NCBI GenBank assembly: GCA_034226945.1
Contig: CP120463.1
Coordinates: 124,001 to 188,000, forward strand
Source of the DNA: Picochlorum sp. SENEW3
Lineage: Eukaryota
Direction: 5' to 3'
Length of the DNA: 64,000 nucleotides
In this document: positions 13,059-25,352 of the stretch, piece after piece
How the letters are laid out: each line of letters begins with the position of its first letter
Position numbering within the stretch: position 1 is the first letter of the stretch
Made by a program: the position numbers and the translations under genes
The notes under the pieces: generated by a model
The model's database searches: none
Seen by the model: only the letters and a program-made list of their open reading frames with translations
What the model was told of the DNA's origin: nothing

Positions 13059-14019
13059 ATGTCAAGCAAGTGCCCTGAGCGCTCCGCCTTTGCACAAGAT
13101 GATTCGGATATAGTTCAGTGTACAGTCCAGATTCTTTTACGGAAAAAATCTCATTCCGAGTATTTGTCAGTGCTGGGTAATGCAGTCAGGAGCGTTCAAC
13201 CTGTCTTTGAAGGAGGGACACCATTACAGAAAGGATTATTGAAAAGGATCTTCCTCAAATATCCTGATCAGTTCATCATCAAGGAAAGGTAATTAATTGC
13301 TCTATATTGAACGAAATGTTGGATCATTCTGAGGCATCATGTGGTATATGTCCAGGGATGATGGGACATGCATTGTGCAGCTGGCTCGGCCAGAGGAATG
13401 GTTTAAGGATTTGGCCTTCCCAGGGTATTTTGACTATGGTCAGCTGGAAAGGAACATCGTAGAATTCATGTTGGAGCATGAGAGGAAATCCAAGGAGCCC
13501 ATGAGCCTGCCAACTTTAGGGGAGTATTGCAGGCATGCACTGAAAACTCCAATGAAGGGGAGACTGACACAATTCCTGTCTGATCGCAAACACATTTTTA
13601 TGGTCCCTGATACTGGGCGTCAGCATGTGTTTTTGACGAAAGGAGCATGCAAGGCAGTGGGAATAGACTGCGGCAGCAGACTACCAAAATTTCCTGACAA
13701 GATCCCAGAGTTTGATGGATGCCCAGGTGAATATTTAGATTTAGACAATGTTGCCAAGGAAGTATACATTTTACTACGAAGTTCGAAAGGCATATTATCA
13801 ATTGAAGACATTGAAGAAGAAATCCGAAGAAGTAAGCCAGAGGATGAGCGTCATGGTGCCAACGTTGGGGATGGATGGCATGTTGGATCCACTGTGTACA
13901 AGTACCCACATGTGTTTCGTCGCTTAAATCAATATATAACACTGGTTGACCGTATTAAACCTGGCACCAAAGGCTCAGCAGTCCTGAAAGAGGAGGAATT
14001 TCCTCCTCTAGGATCTTAG
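13059..14019 (+). CDS. Uncharacterised protein with three LOTUS/OST-HTH-like winged-helix repeats
   Basis: Exons 13059-13288 and 13356-14019 join in frame (KER-DDG). Three units follow the pattern helix..LSxLG..R..G.L..FL..YP..F..V.L. Confidence 0.6.
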
Positions 14020-14164
14020 TGTGTATCGGGAGCTGATATATCATATCAGTGATGTGTCGGTGACAATTGTGCCTCTTTTAGCATGGATCGTTGGTCAAGG
14101 AATCACCGCTATTCACTACAAACCCAAATAGAAATAAATACTAAACTCGCATTTTTATTGAGAA

Positions 14165-14903
14165 ATGAGTCGAATAGGATTCAGAGGGACCTCCCAGGTG
14201 ACGGCTCGGTGTCGTCTTCGCGTGTCAGCGGCGCTCAAACGGAAAGCCCCCAAGCAAGTTGCATGCAGCAAAACTCTCACTTCAGCACCCGGAAGAAATA
14301 AACAACTAGAACAGATGTGTAATTCGATATACAGTTACTCTACAGAGTGTCGTAAAGACCCAAAGTCTGGTATTGTTGCTTTCGAGTTTTTCAAGGTACA
14401 TACACGGGCTGTGGGTATAAGCTCCTCTTATTTATATTAATCCCCATAATTGCATCATATTTTTACCGTAGGATCCTCATGAAGAAGGAACATTTCACTT
14501 CTGGGAGGTATATGAGACTGATCATGCTTTCAGTCAACATACCACCTCAACAGAAATGAAAGCATTTCTGGAGAAAAGCTCGGCCATTGTAAAAGATAGT
14601 ATTGGAATCAGCTTATATGAAATCAAAGATGGGAAAATTGGCGTCTCATCCATTGCCGAAGGCCCCAAAGGCGAGGGGGGATTAGAAGATGCGACTGGAG
14701 CAGGCTCTGTTGGTGGAGCAGGATATACCCAAACCAGTCCTGTGGTGAATTTAAGTACGTTCCCGTTTCAACAACAGGCTCAACATTCAATTTTATTTGA
14801 TATAATTGCAATATGTGCAGTTCGCGATGAAGAAGAAAAGAAGAAAGATAAACTTTGGGGAATAGAATTCAATTTCCCATGGTTCAAGAAGAAGAAAGAG
14901 TGA
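14165..14903 (+). CDS. ABM-like dimeric alpha/beta-barrel protein, probably plastid-targeted
   Basis: Intron 14396-14471 joins FEFFK-DPHEEGTFHFWEVY..FSQH. Probable in-frame intron at 14755-14820. R/S-rich N-terminus. Confidence 0.65.
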
Positions 14904-14908
14904 GCTAT

Positions 14909-15367
14909 TTACATCATGTGAAACTTCAAAGTCTGCTCTGTTGCTTTCCGTACTCTACAGAGGATAGTTTCTTTTCCAAGCTCTTGGTGCGCCTGATAGC
15001 GATGGCAGCCAGAAAAACCGTAATACTCACCGTTTACTAGGAGGACATCAATAGGCTCCAGCAGCCCAATTTTTTCGATACTCGACTTCAAAGCATCGAC
15101 CTTTGCTTGATCATTTGAGCGTGACCCTTGTAATGGGCGACGAATCTTCCTAACTGGCAGTTCTACAACCTGCGGGTCCTCTGTATCGTACTTTTTTTCA
15201 CTGAGATCCCAACCATACCTTCCTTCCACCATGGCCTGTTCTCGATGATTTCCTTGCGCAAGAGTTTGCACTCTATTTCTATTTGTGATGTAAATAAGAT
15301 CTGTTCTGTTCTTCATTGTACGCCTGTTTGAACATCGTCCAAGGGCAGGGAACGCTCTTGTAGGCAT
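14909..15367 (-). CDS. SRX: Sulfiredoxin
   Basis: IRRPL, GLLEPIDV and YYGFSGCHRYQAH. Probable transit peptide from MPTRAF. Confidence 0.92.
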   Translation of the reverse strand: MPTRAFPALGRCSNRRTMKNRTDLIYITNRNRVQTLAQGNHREQAMVEGRYGWDLSEKKYDTEDPQVVELPVRKIRRPLQGSRSNDQAKVDALKSSIEKIGLLEPIDVLLVNGEYYGFSGCHRYQAHQELGKETILCRVRKATEQTLKFHMM

Positions 15368-15689
15368 TTCAAACTCAAATTTGAAAAGAGTCTTTCCAAA
15401 AACCATTAGTGCTTCATTATCAACATAAACAATGGAAATAATGTCACATCGTGGTACAATGTTGATTTTGCAGTGACCCACACGGGTGCATGTGCGTTGC
15501 AACATGGAGAGGTCTCTGAAGATGAAATTAAAACATCGATCAGCATGCTGGTGCGCATCTAGTCGTGACATGACCGGGCCTCTCTCCGCTCGAAATCATG
15601 CAAGTGATGTCCTGTACTTCGGGGCATAGAGCTTCAACAAGGATGAGGTTTCACAATGCAGAATAAAAGTAAATGTTTTTCGAGGTGAA

Positions 15690-16747
15690 TCAGACAGCAA
15701 CAGTCCTCTTCTGGATTGAATTCTTGGTTTTCCGGGTAGCATGTGTACTAGGAGATTTACTTTTCTTCGTGGTGGATCTTCTCCGTTTCGGCGAGAGTCC
15801 AAGTTTTGAGGACAGAGCTTTCTCAAACTGCCGGTAACCCCTCTCAAATGAAGAGATGAATCCTGTCACCAACTTGTCCATTTGAGTTCCTACTTCACCA
15901 TTAGTCATTTTTTCGAAGATCCCTTCCATGTCAACAAAAAGATTATTTCCAGATACGCTTCTTTTAAGTCCTGCGGCTACTTTTCTTCTGCTGGCCTTCA
16001 TGCTCTCCCCAATCTGCTTCATGGTTGCTTCTGCCTTAATCCTTTGTGCCTTCAGAAGACTGACCCCAAGCTCTTCTCTACTATATCCACGACTCAGATT
16101 TCTCAAAACATATTCATTGTAATCCTTGATGATGCGAAGTATCAAATCAGACGTAGAAACACCGTCTGTTCGCTTTGTCTCAGCAAACCTGCCAGCTTTT
16201 TTGACTTCAGCATAGACATCATCGTGATCCCCACTCACGTAGGGTATAGCATCGTGAGCAACATAATCGATATTGTGCTTATCAAGAAATTCAATTGTTG
16301 GGATCCAAGGAATATCATCGAGCACTTCGTCAACCCATCTGCACGACAAAGTATACCTTCAGCACAATTGCTACATACCCTTGTCCTCTAAGCAACATAA
16401 CCTACTTGCAATGTCGAACAGACTCAAGCCTCTCTTTCTGATTCATCACCGTCTTTCCCTTGTAAAATTTCGTGTCTTCGTCCGTGCAAACTCCAACAGT
16501 CAGGTGGGCGTAAGGATACAACTTCTTCGCCTGTTCAAGAGCTTTGGCGTGGCCAAAGTGGAACAGATCAAACACCCCTGCGACACTTATTTCTATCTCA
16601 GTACAGATACTCGAACAACCCGTGCAGAATTGATATGCGTTTCGTACCATCAGCATAAATTCGGACTGGGAAATTAGGGTCATAGCCCTTCTTCTCGCCA
16701 CCCCTCTTGCCGTTTGCGCTGTTGTTTCTTTGCTTCTTTCCACTCAT
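15690..16747 (-). CDS. CCT: Choline-phosphate cytidylyltransferase
   Basis: Exons 16648-16747, 16406-16577 and 15690-16338. Motifs VRIYADGVFDLFHFGH, HCKWVDEV, DYVAHD and RTDGVSTSDLI. Confidence 0.94.
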
Positions 16748-17238
16748 AGCGGGTCAAGCAGATGACGCTGTTTCCCTGGAGTCGAAGTCGAAGATATCTG
16801 TGCAATGACCGTCGTTTGTTCCGAGTGTTCTTCGCAAACAGATATCAAATTTCAGAAACTTTCTTTTTCATATTAAAAACAAATTTTTAGACGGAGATAT
16901 CGTCGATGTAATCACCCGATGGGAAGGAAAGGAGTGAACATCATTAGACCCTCAAGTCTGTTGGACAATTCTCCCAGGTACCTGAATCAATTCAATATGC
17001 AAGACAAACCAGCAGCATTCGCGTATTGATACAATGATGAATGCTTGTGCAAATCATTCTTTAGACGGGTGTGTTCAACCCTGAAGAGTGTGTGTTCCAG
17101 AATCTCCAGCCATTTCTTTTTGCCAACCTAGGGGGCTCAACAATGTCAGCAACTTGATGTGCTATTTTGATGAACATGGCTGCATCTGTCATTGTGTATC
17201 CAAGTACGCGACCTCTTCTCTTCAATCATAGGTATGAA

Positions 17239-17257
17239 TGTGTGTGTGTGTGTGTGT
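17239..17257. repeat. (TG)9 microsatellite
   Basis: Seen directly in the sequence. Confidence 0.9.
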
Positions 17258-17527
17258 TGGAGATATCTGACATCCAATGTCTCATATGGTGAAGAAAATG
17301 GTAATTGCATGAGACCATGTGCACAGGCTCCAACAGATTAATATATATGCGGTAACAAGGAAGACTAATATTTGTTGACTCAAAAGATTGATCATTTCAT
17401 GAGCATACTCCACAAGAAAGAGAGAGGGGAGCATTCCCAACAACAGAATTGAGTGCATTTGAAAAGATGTTTGAGAAGCAAATGCCATTGTATACCAACC
17501 CAATGAAAAGCCTGTTAAAAACAATGA

Positions 17528-18187
17528 CTACAATGATCGAGACATTGCAAATGAGGATATGCGTATCATAGCTTCGGCATTGACCTTGAAAACCTCCCTA
17601 TCCATGCTACCATAGGTGAGTGCAAGCAGGGTTACATAGCCCAGAGCCAAGCCAGCAATGACATCCGTGAGATAATGCCGGCCCATCATACACCTTGATA
17701 TTGCTACAGTTAAAGCCCAGGCTATGATCAATCCATGTGCCAAATATTTGTGACCTAGTAAGATCGCAAATTGAGCCAAGAAGGAAACTCTCGAGGAATG
17801 ACCTGATGGAAATGAGAAGGCATCCACCGAAACAATGACATTCATGTCATTTGAGATGCTGTTATAGACTGGCCTAGGCCTCTTTGCAATCCACTTCAAC
17901 AGGCCTACTTCGCATAAATCTATAACGAGTCCAAGAAGAAGATTCACGCCAACGATAACTGCATCTTTTCCAAGCTCTGAGGAAAGCTTAAGAGTCTGAA
18001 CTCCATCATCGAGACTGCTGTTTAATCCAAGTATCAATACAACGATTGAAACTGCTATCCAAACTATCCCATCGCCGCTATACTCGAATATTTTCCAAAT
18101 AAATCTCGGAACATGTCTCCCAAAAGTAAAAAGCTGAGATGAAACAGAACGGTCCAGTCTACCCACCTTTGTGAGGATCATTCGCAT
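17528..18187 (-). CDS. PAP2 lipid phosphate phosphatase (LPP-beta/PLPP6-like)
   Basis: K-x4-RPRP, SFPSGH and SRCMMGRHYLTDV, with multiple TM segments. Confidence 0.9.
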   Translation of the reverse strand: MRMILTKVGRLDRSVSSQLFTFGRHVPRFIWKIFEYSGDGIVWIAVSIVVLILGLNSSLDDGVQTLKLSSELGKDAVIVGVNLLLGLVIDLCEVGLLKWIAKRPRPVYNSISNDMNVIVSVDAFSFPSGHSSRVSFLAQFAILLGHKYLAHGLIIAWALTVAISRCMMGRHYLTDVIAGLALGYVTLLALTYGSMDREVFKVNAEAMIRISSFAMSRSL

Positions 18188-18461
18188 CAAATCGCACTAT
18201 GTAGAAGCTTTTGATGATATATATTTCCATCGGTCGGAGCATCTTGTAAATTTGTTCCGACATGGTTTCTTGAAAAAAGCTCGCGGCATCGATCTCGATA
18301 TCGAGACCATCGATATCGATGGTGATCCGGTCGCGCGCGCGACCGGTCCGGCCGGAACTGTCGATGTTCCAATTTTCTACTGGTGCAGTGGTTAACTGCC
18401 ATTGAATGCTCGTAACCTTCCTTCTCGCAGTATTTCAATTGTTCATGCATGAGCGGATACA

Positions 18462-19566
18462 ATGGCCCTAGAAGATAGCTTCGAAAATGCGTATGAGACC
18501 TTGGGACTCAGGGACGGTGGGCCTTCCACAAGCGAGTCAGATATTAAAAAGGTATGTTCCTGACACGCAAGCGGTTGATGTTTTCACGTGCCTCCAGGAG
18601 GGGCTCACAAAGTACACAAGATGTGCGTGGAGACAAAAATGACGATAGTTTGTTGTATTGTTCGTAGGCATACAGGAGGTTGGCATTGCAGAAGCACCCA
18701 GACAAAAATCCAGATAATCCAGATGCAGCGCAGGAGTTCTCCAGGATTCAGAAAGCATACGATATTTTATGTGATTCTGAGGCTCGTGCGGCCCTAGATG
18801 AGTGGCTAAGGTGTGTGAGGAGTAGTCTCCTTTTTTTGAAAGTGCCAAACATGAGTTGAAATTATCTTGAAGCCATGCTGTGTTTAGGGTCCAATCTTTC
18901 AGGCAACAGAAGACAGCTTTCAGAGATCAAAAAAGAAGGAAAATGGCAGAAGAGCTAGAGAGAAGAGAGAAAATGTCTGATTTTAGCACTGCAGAAAATG
19001 CTGCAAAAGTGAAATTGCAACAGCAGATTGAGAGATTGCGGCAAATGGCTGCCCAAAAGGAGGAGGACGCTTACGTTGAACGACAAAAAGATGTTGATAG
19101 AGGAAATAAGGTAGATGAACGGATGTTTAGAACGTTCAAAGTAAATTGGAAGAAGGACTTGGGCTCTAGTCCTGACTTGGTGGACATCTTCTCCAAATTT
19201 GGTAGAGTTGAGGATGTTGTTGTTCGGGAGTCGAAGAAAGGCAAAAATAGCGCGTTGATTGTTATGGAGACTCAAGACTCGCATAATCAGATTTTGAGGG
19301 CTAATGCAGAATGCAAGTTGGGTGACCTGAAAGTCACGCCATTAGTCACAGGGCAGATGTATCCGATGAAAGGGGATGCTCAAACGCAGGAGCATGTTAC
19401 TTTAGGTGAATACCGCTTCCCTCCAAACAAAAGAGATACATCGGTTAGACTTTTCCCCGCGGCAAAATCTGCCGCCCCCTTTGATGTTGTAGACAAGGAG
19501 ACAAGATTAGGGGACTTTGAAGCTCAAGTTTTGGGCAAACTGCAAAGAAAGAGAGTAGCGGATTGA
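18462..19566 (+). CDS. DNAJC17: J-domain plus RRM protein (DNAJC17/Cwf23-like)
   Basis: Exons 18462-18551, 18668-18810 and 18888-19566. IKKAYRRLALQKHPDKNPDNP, a coiled coil, an RRM (FKVNW..IFSKFGRV) and C-terminal DFEAQVLGKL. Confidence 0.85.
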
Positions 19567-19598
19567 TCGGTGAAAAGATTAACACTGTATTGAATAAT

Positions 19599-21347
19599 TT
19601 ATAGAAAATATGGCACTTGTCTATGCTTCAAAACAAGACCAATTATGGTTATCAATGCAAGGAGAAAAATGTTGCGTATCAGCAATGCCTTCCATTGAAT
19701 TGGCTTGGGTTCTATCGTATCATTACTATTTTTCACCCTGATCTCGTTGCTTTTGATTTCAAGGCCTACTTGACAGAGATTGTCAATCTCACGGAGATGA
19801 GAATCAAGTCTCTTCTGTAGATCCTCCCTTCTTGATTCATCCTTTGAGACTGCTGCTTTGACATCTTTCACCAGCGCAAGATCGAGCATCAAACTCTTTT
19901 CACCCAACGATTTTAGATCCCCATGCAAAGATTGCAATTTTTTGAGGACGCTGCCAATTCTTGGCTGGGATGAGTAATATTCGTATTGCGACGTGTCTTG
20001 TCGCAAAAGCTCTACAGTCTTGCGTATCTCTGGGTCTTGCATATCTTCCTGAAAATCTTTGTCACTTCGAATATGAGCGTATGCATTGTGAATTTTGATC
20101 ATTGTATCCATCTTTCTGGCTTTTTCCAGCACAATCTTAATTTCACTTGCCTTCTGAAAATCATTGATGGCTTTTAACAGTCCTGGATCCTGTGGGTGCA
20201 TCATCATCCATCTCTTCACCTTGGTTTTCTTCTCGCCAGGCGATAAACGATGGAACACAATCTCAGGGAGCGAGTCATGACCATCTTGCTGGGCAGCTCC
20301 GCGATTCCTCTGATGCCCTCTTGTTTCCAGCAACTCTCTGATTTCAACATAATCATTGCATCCTCTTGGGACACAATCTGATGGCATGCTATCCTGAATA
20401 TCTTTCAGTTCTCTTAGTTTTACACCGCCGTGGTGCAGAATCTTGCGAATAATCTCGATATTTCCGGAGAATGCCGCACAATGGAGTGGCGTTGACTGTG
20501 TAGGATTGCTATTATTTGATATCGACATCCCATTGGATTCCTTGAAGACGGTATCAAAGACATCAGATTTTCCGCACAAACATGCTACATGTAAAGGAGT
20601 ATAAGCTGTCTTTTTTCCTTCAGCAGGAATTGGCACATGACTCGGCTGCAACATCTTCACACAATCCAATTGACCAGACATCATCGCAATCCCCAGTGGG
20701 TTCAGGCCTACATCATTGACCGATCCAACATTTGCGTTATAATGTAATAATACTCTAACCACTTCATCCTGCCCTCGACAAGCTGCCATATGCAATGCGG
20801 TCGAAAAAGATCCGTCTATACTGTCAATCAGTGCTCCCTTTTTGATCAAGAATTCAACAATGTCAGCATGCCCGTTCGCGGATGCAAGATGCAAGGGTGT
20901 TTTTCCATCTACTTGAAAATACGGCACTGTTAGACTTTAATAGTATTACGGGTGCTAACGAGGTTCACATACCTTTGTCCTCGTTTTCCAGGTCTAGAGC
21001 CTTTGACCACAGGTATTGGACAACTTCCATCCTTCCCCTTGCAGCCGCTAGATGCAATGCAGATCTACCTGAAGAATCTTTAGCATTTATATCTGCCCCT
21101 CTGTGTATCAATTCTTTCACCTGCAGCGCAGTTAAGCCCTCAAACGTAGCTTGACTACACGCCAACCTCCGAAACGAAACACGTACGTCGTCAAAAAGCC
21201 CTCTCTCGCATGCAACTAGAAACAAACTATTAAACTTTTTCCTTTCCTTCACCTGTATGGAACAACACAGTGGTGAAGATTGACGAACTCAAACATGTAC
21301 CCAACAGTGACGAAAGCCCATCGCACCTCATCTACTTTTGCGTCCAT
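19599..21347 (-). CDS. Ankyrin-repeat protein with STI1/DP-like domain and C-terminal TM anchor
   Basis: Repeated GxTPLHxA units and a DP-like segment FQEDMQDPEIR. Hydrophobic tail. The 5' exons (about 21327-21347, 21187-21252, 20973-21120) are tentative. Confidence 0.75.
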
Positions 21348-21606
21348 CCTGTTGTTTTCAACAAAATGTTGTCGATGAGAGCGAATTTGCTCCTCAGATA
21401 CGTTTTTCACCTTGCGTGCAAATAATCCAGGGGCATTGACAGTCAGTCATGGCATGATATCCCATCAAAAGCCTTGTCAATAGGACTCTTTCAAAAAGAA
21501 AGGCTTTCAACATCTTCGAGGTCGTTAGGCCTCGTTGGTTGGCATTTATTTATTGCATCGCATGACTAGGCGCTGTGCGTGCTATATATCGAAAAAGAAA
21601 ATCGCA

Positions 21607-22583
21607 ATGAATCAGGAAGAGGAAATCCTCGGCAACGTGTCGAGAGAATCTGATGTTCTTCATAGAAGACGAAATGTTCGCCGACAAAGTACGGCTATAT
21701 TCAATGCCTTTGAAGACATAACCAACCATAATAGAGGCCTTCTTGATGAGCAAGAGCTTGCAGTTGGCGATGAAGACATTGTCATACCCATTGGTGGAAG
21801 GGTCACAAACCTGTTGGGGAGTGAGTCTTCCTCTTGGGAAGCCAAGGTGGAGCCAAAATACGAAGGCGATTTGCCTAATCTGCCGAATCCAGATCTGGAA
21901 GATCAGTACAATCATCTTGGCAGTTTGAGGAATCGAATTCCCTCAGAAGAGGACTCTTTGCTCATGTCCTCAATATCATCCTTGGATGATGACACCTGGC
22001 TTCTTCCTGTCCCAGAAGTTAACGGGGAGAGGAGCTCACGAGTGGAGAAGAAAACTGCAATCGAAGCAAGAGGAAGAGATGTCCGAGGAATTTACCTGAG
22101 AAAACCTTCAAGACTACAGCCACCATCGACTGGGAGGCTGAGAGGCGACAGGAAGCAAGCAGCAGAGAGAGTAGTATCCTCAAGGTATGGTTGGTTGACT
22201 TGCACTTGAATCAATACGTTTACATATTTTAGACAAAAAGAGCTGTATCCATCTGCGTATATGTATCACAGGGTGCAGCAAGAGCAAACTAAAGAAGACC
22301 CGTCTGAGAAAGAGAGTCCCTTTACGAGGCATTTGAAATTCTTGGAGGAACATCCAGAAATAGCCTTCTCTGCTTCCCAAAATCTACCAGAAGACCGATC
22401 ATTGGCGGTAGGTTGCATATGTGGCGATTAAAGCATCTATTTTGCGTTGGTTTCGACATGTACGTGTCTCTACATTTACATGTTACAAGTGTGCAGGAAA
22501 TCAAAAGGAAAACGTCCTTGGAAAGGCATTTGGAGTTGTGGGGTATATCCCGGTTACCGTCTCTGGATGAGAAAAAATTATAA
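21607..22583 (+). CDS. Hypothetical protein
   Basis: ORF from MNQEEE, extended in frame by two GT-AG introns (about 22185-22271 and 22408-22496) to TAA at 22583. No family recognised. Confidence 0.6.
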
Positions 22584-22655
22584 TTTTATTCTATCATAAT
22601 AAATATTGTGATGAGCATGATGATATCGAACACTGACATCCGGTTTTGAGGAAAG

Positions 22656-24368
22656 ATGTTCGACAAATGGAATCCAATGGGAACGGTAAGCGACGTCGGC
22701 TTTATCGACGTGGAATGGAGGAATACATCGCATTCTAAGCCGAGCGATACTCTAAGACCTGTAAATTATCTCCATGGGAGGATTTATTACCCCACACCCA
22801 AGCGTAGACGCCTGTTTTCCAGATCTGGTGTCTGCTGGCTTCCAGGTTTTTGGTATGCATATGGTATGTTGTGAGCAGTTTGTTTCCTGTCTCTTCTCAG
22901 TCAACGCTGCCTTGGGAATTCATTGTATTTCAAAATATGAATCGTAGGATTGGGGAAGTTTTTATTCTTTCGGCGTGCAAAGAGCATATTGAACTTTTTA
23001 CTGCAACACACATTGATCTTGCTCATTTATGCTCTTGGAAGCCTGCAAAAGATTCGAATGTACCATGGCGCTGAAATTCTAAAGCCAAAAGATACAAAAC
23101 TTCCTCTGGTAGTGTTTAGTCACGGGCTTGCTGGGCATCGTTCAATGTATGCCATCATTTGTGCCGAATTGGCTAGCCATGGATATTTGGTATTTGCTAT
23201 AGAACATACCGATGGAACAGCAAGTGCTGCAAAACTACCCGGGAGTAACAAATTTTTGTTCTACACAGGATTAGGAGGTCAAGAAGGCCAGGAAAATAAG
23301 ACGAGGTATCGCATGTCAGAGATGAAAATGGCACGTTTGGTCCTAAAGAATTTGAACAGCTTTGATGGACTCTCTGGGATATCGCTGTCCAAGAAACGTG
23401 ACCCCAGAGAATTCTTCAGACATACCATGGACACGAGGTGTTTGGCCGCGGTAGGACATTCGTATGGGGGTGCGACGGTTGCAGGCATCTGTTCGTCAGA
23501 TCCATCATACAGATGTGCAGTTAGCCTCGATCCGTGGTGGCCTGCCCTTGCATCATCTTCACCTGCGTTGAATTCATGGGAGACCAAAAGTCCTTTGCTC
23601 GTTCTCGGTTCTCATGACTGGAATGTTTCTAATGAAACTGGTCAACTGCCATGTGATGGGTATAGGCAACAATCTGTCTTGGATGCATGTCGAATTAGAA
23701 AAGAGGGAAAGGACCCGATGGGCGCAGGTGCCCTTTTCCTAGCGATATCAGGGTCCTCTCACAATACGTTTGCAGACCCTTTGCCTCTATTTTCCGAGAA
23801 CTTTGATTGTATTTTTCGTCTTCTTGGTCTCACAGCACGCCTGGACGCTATGGTAGGGATACATCTTGTGAACCTGGCCATCCTGAACTTTTTGAGCACC
23901 CACTTGCCTCTGAATTGTAACCAGAGACAACTTCAGAGTTGGTCACCTAGCAGCTCACACGAAGCTTTATCGTTCATATGGCGTCGTCATCATGATGACA
24001 CATCTGAATCTCCCAGGGGGCTTTTCTGGTTTATGCACAAGGGAAAGGGGATTTTGAATGCATGGTCAGATAAATTGCTGGATCAAATCATAAGGTCAGA
24101 GCCACAGCCTGCGATGAATGATGCTGTCACAAAGAATGAACTTTTAGAGACAATGCTTCCAAGCTCTACAGACCACCAAGCTCCAAGTTCCCCGACATGG
24201 ATCAGGAGCCAGGTTGCACATGACATCCTCGAGGACCCAGGGAAAAGGCTTGTCACGCGAAATAATGTGGGACGAGTATACTCTGACGAAGTTCAATCTT
24301 GTCATGTCCACCAAATGATTTCCTTGTTGGGGGAGGAAAATGTCTTCAGCTGCCAAGCCTACATCTGA
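22656..24368 (+). CDS. PAF-acetylhydrolase-family alpha/beta hydrolase
   Basis: Intron 22864-22947. Motifs PLVVFSHGLAG, ELASHGY, EHTDGTA, GHSYGG nucleophile elbow, LDPW and HNTFAD. Confidence 0.9.
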
Positions 24369-24627
24369 ATCCTCCACAAAATGAATACTTGATTGAGGTC
24401 TGTCTGACACTTAGATGCCACGTGGCGCCACTACGAGCGATCGCGCGAAGCAAGCGCGGTCAGACACAAACGCGGTTTGTGTAGAGGGTATCAGACAGAA
24501 TGAATTCAATGCCTCATAATTTTTTATTTCTTCTCATTCGTTCAGTAACGTTACTGTTAACAGGGAAAAAAGAAAAGTCGGTCTTTTCGCAGGCATTGTC
24601 GTGATCAACGTTTGTGTGTGTGACAGC

Positions 24628-25245
24628 ATGAAGAAAGTCTCAAGCGGTTCTCAGTTGTCTGATATGGTGAAAACCCATCACAACAGAGTATCTCATGTAC
24701 CACAAAGTAAAATACCAAAATCAAGTTCGGATGATTCCCTCCGAACAAGAGCGTTTGTCTCAGAGGTTAGCCCACCCCCTGAGGCGTCCTCCAAGGCTTC
24801 AGATATCATGTATGCCGTGGTGTCGAAGGGCTTGGCGTCTTCCCAGTGTCTGGCAGATATTTCCGAGTTGGAAACTGCTCCAGATATTCGCGTCAGCGAG
24901 ACGGACATAACTGGCAACCTAGCATCGTGTCTGGCAACAGAAGTGATCCCTGACGTGGGAAATGGCGAATTAATCACAACCAGGGCTGCTGAATTGGAAT
25001 CTGAGAGCGCGAAAAATGTAACAAGGAGATATGCCAAGGAGATCACCAGTGCAGCCGCGGAAGGGACGAGAAGACTCAGTAGAAAAAGAAGTCTGGATGG
25101 GTCACAAGAGCTTCCGTGTGAGGATGTCGTTGATCGGCAAGTGTCTCAGAAGATGAATGATTTGCCACCCGGAGGAAAGGAACTCTTATCAGTGAATTTG
25201 CAGGAATGTTCTGCGAAAAACACGTTGGATGTTGATGATGATTGA
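24628..25245 (+). CDS. Hypothetical Ser/Glu-rich protein
   Basis: ORF of about 205 codons in gene-dense context. No family recognised. Confidence 0.55.
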   Translation: MKKVSSGSQLSDMVKTHHNRVSHVPQSKIPKSSSDDSLRTRAFVSEVSPPPEASSKASDIMYAVVSKGLASSQCLADISELETAPDIRVSETDITGNLASCLATEVIPDVGNGELITTRAAELESESAKNVTRRYAKEITSAAAEGTRRLSRKRSLDGSQELPCEDVVDRQVSQKMNDLPPGGKELLSVNLQECSAKNTLDVDDD

Positions 25246-25352
25246 TAAAGGCTCATGAGCCCTGTTCCATTTCAAGAGCTCTTCTTCAAGAATGATATTT
25301 CGTTCAAGATGGACAAATGATATACGTATTTGATTGTAAAAATTGATATTTC

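Noticed and set aside
16800..17524. 80-aa hydrophobic ORF and fragments between CCT and PAP2
   Set aside because: I found no coherent gene model; probably UTR or promoter sequence.
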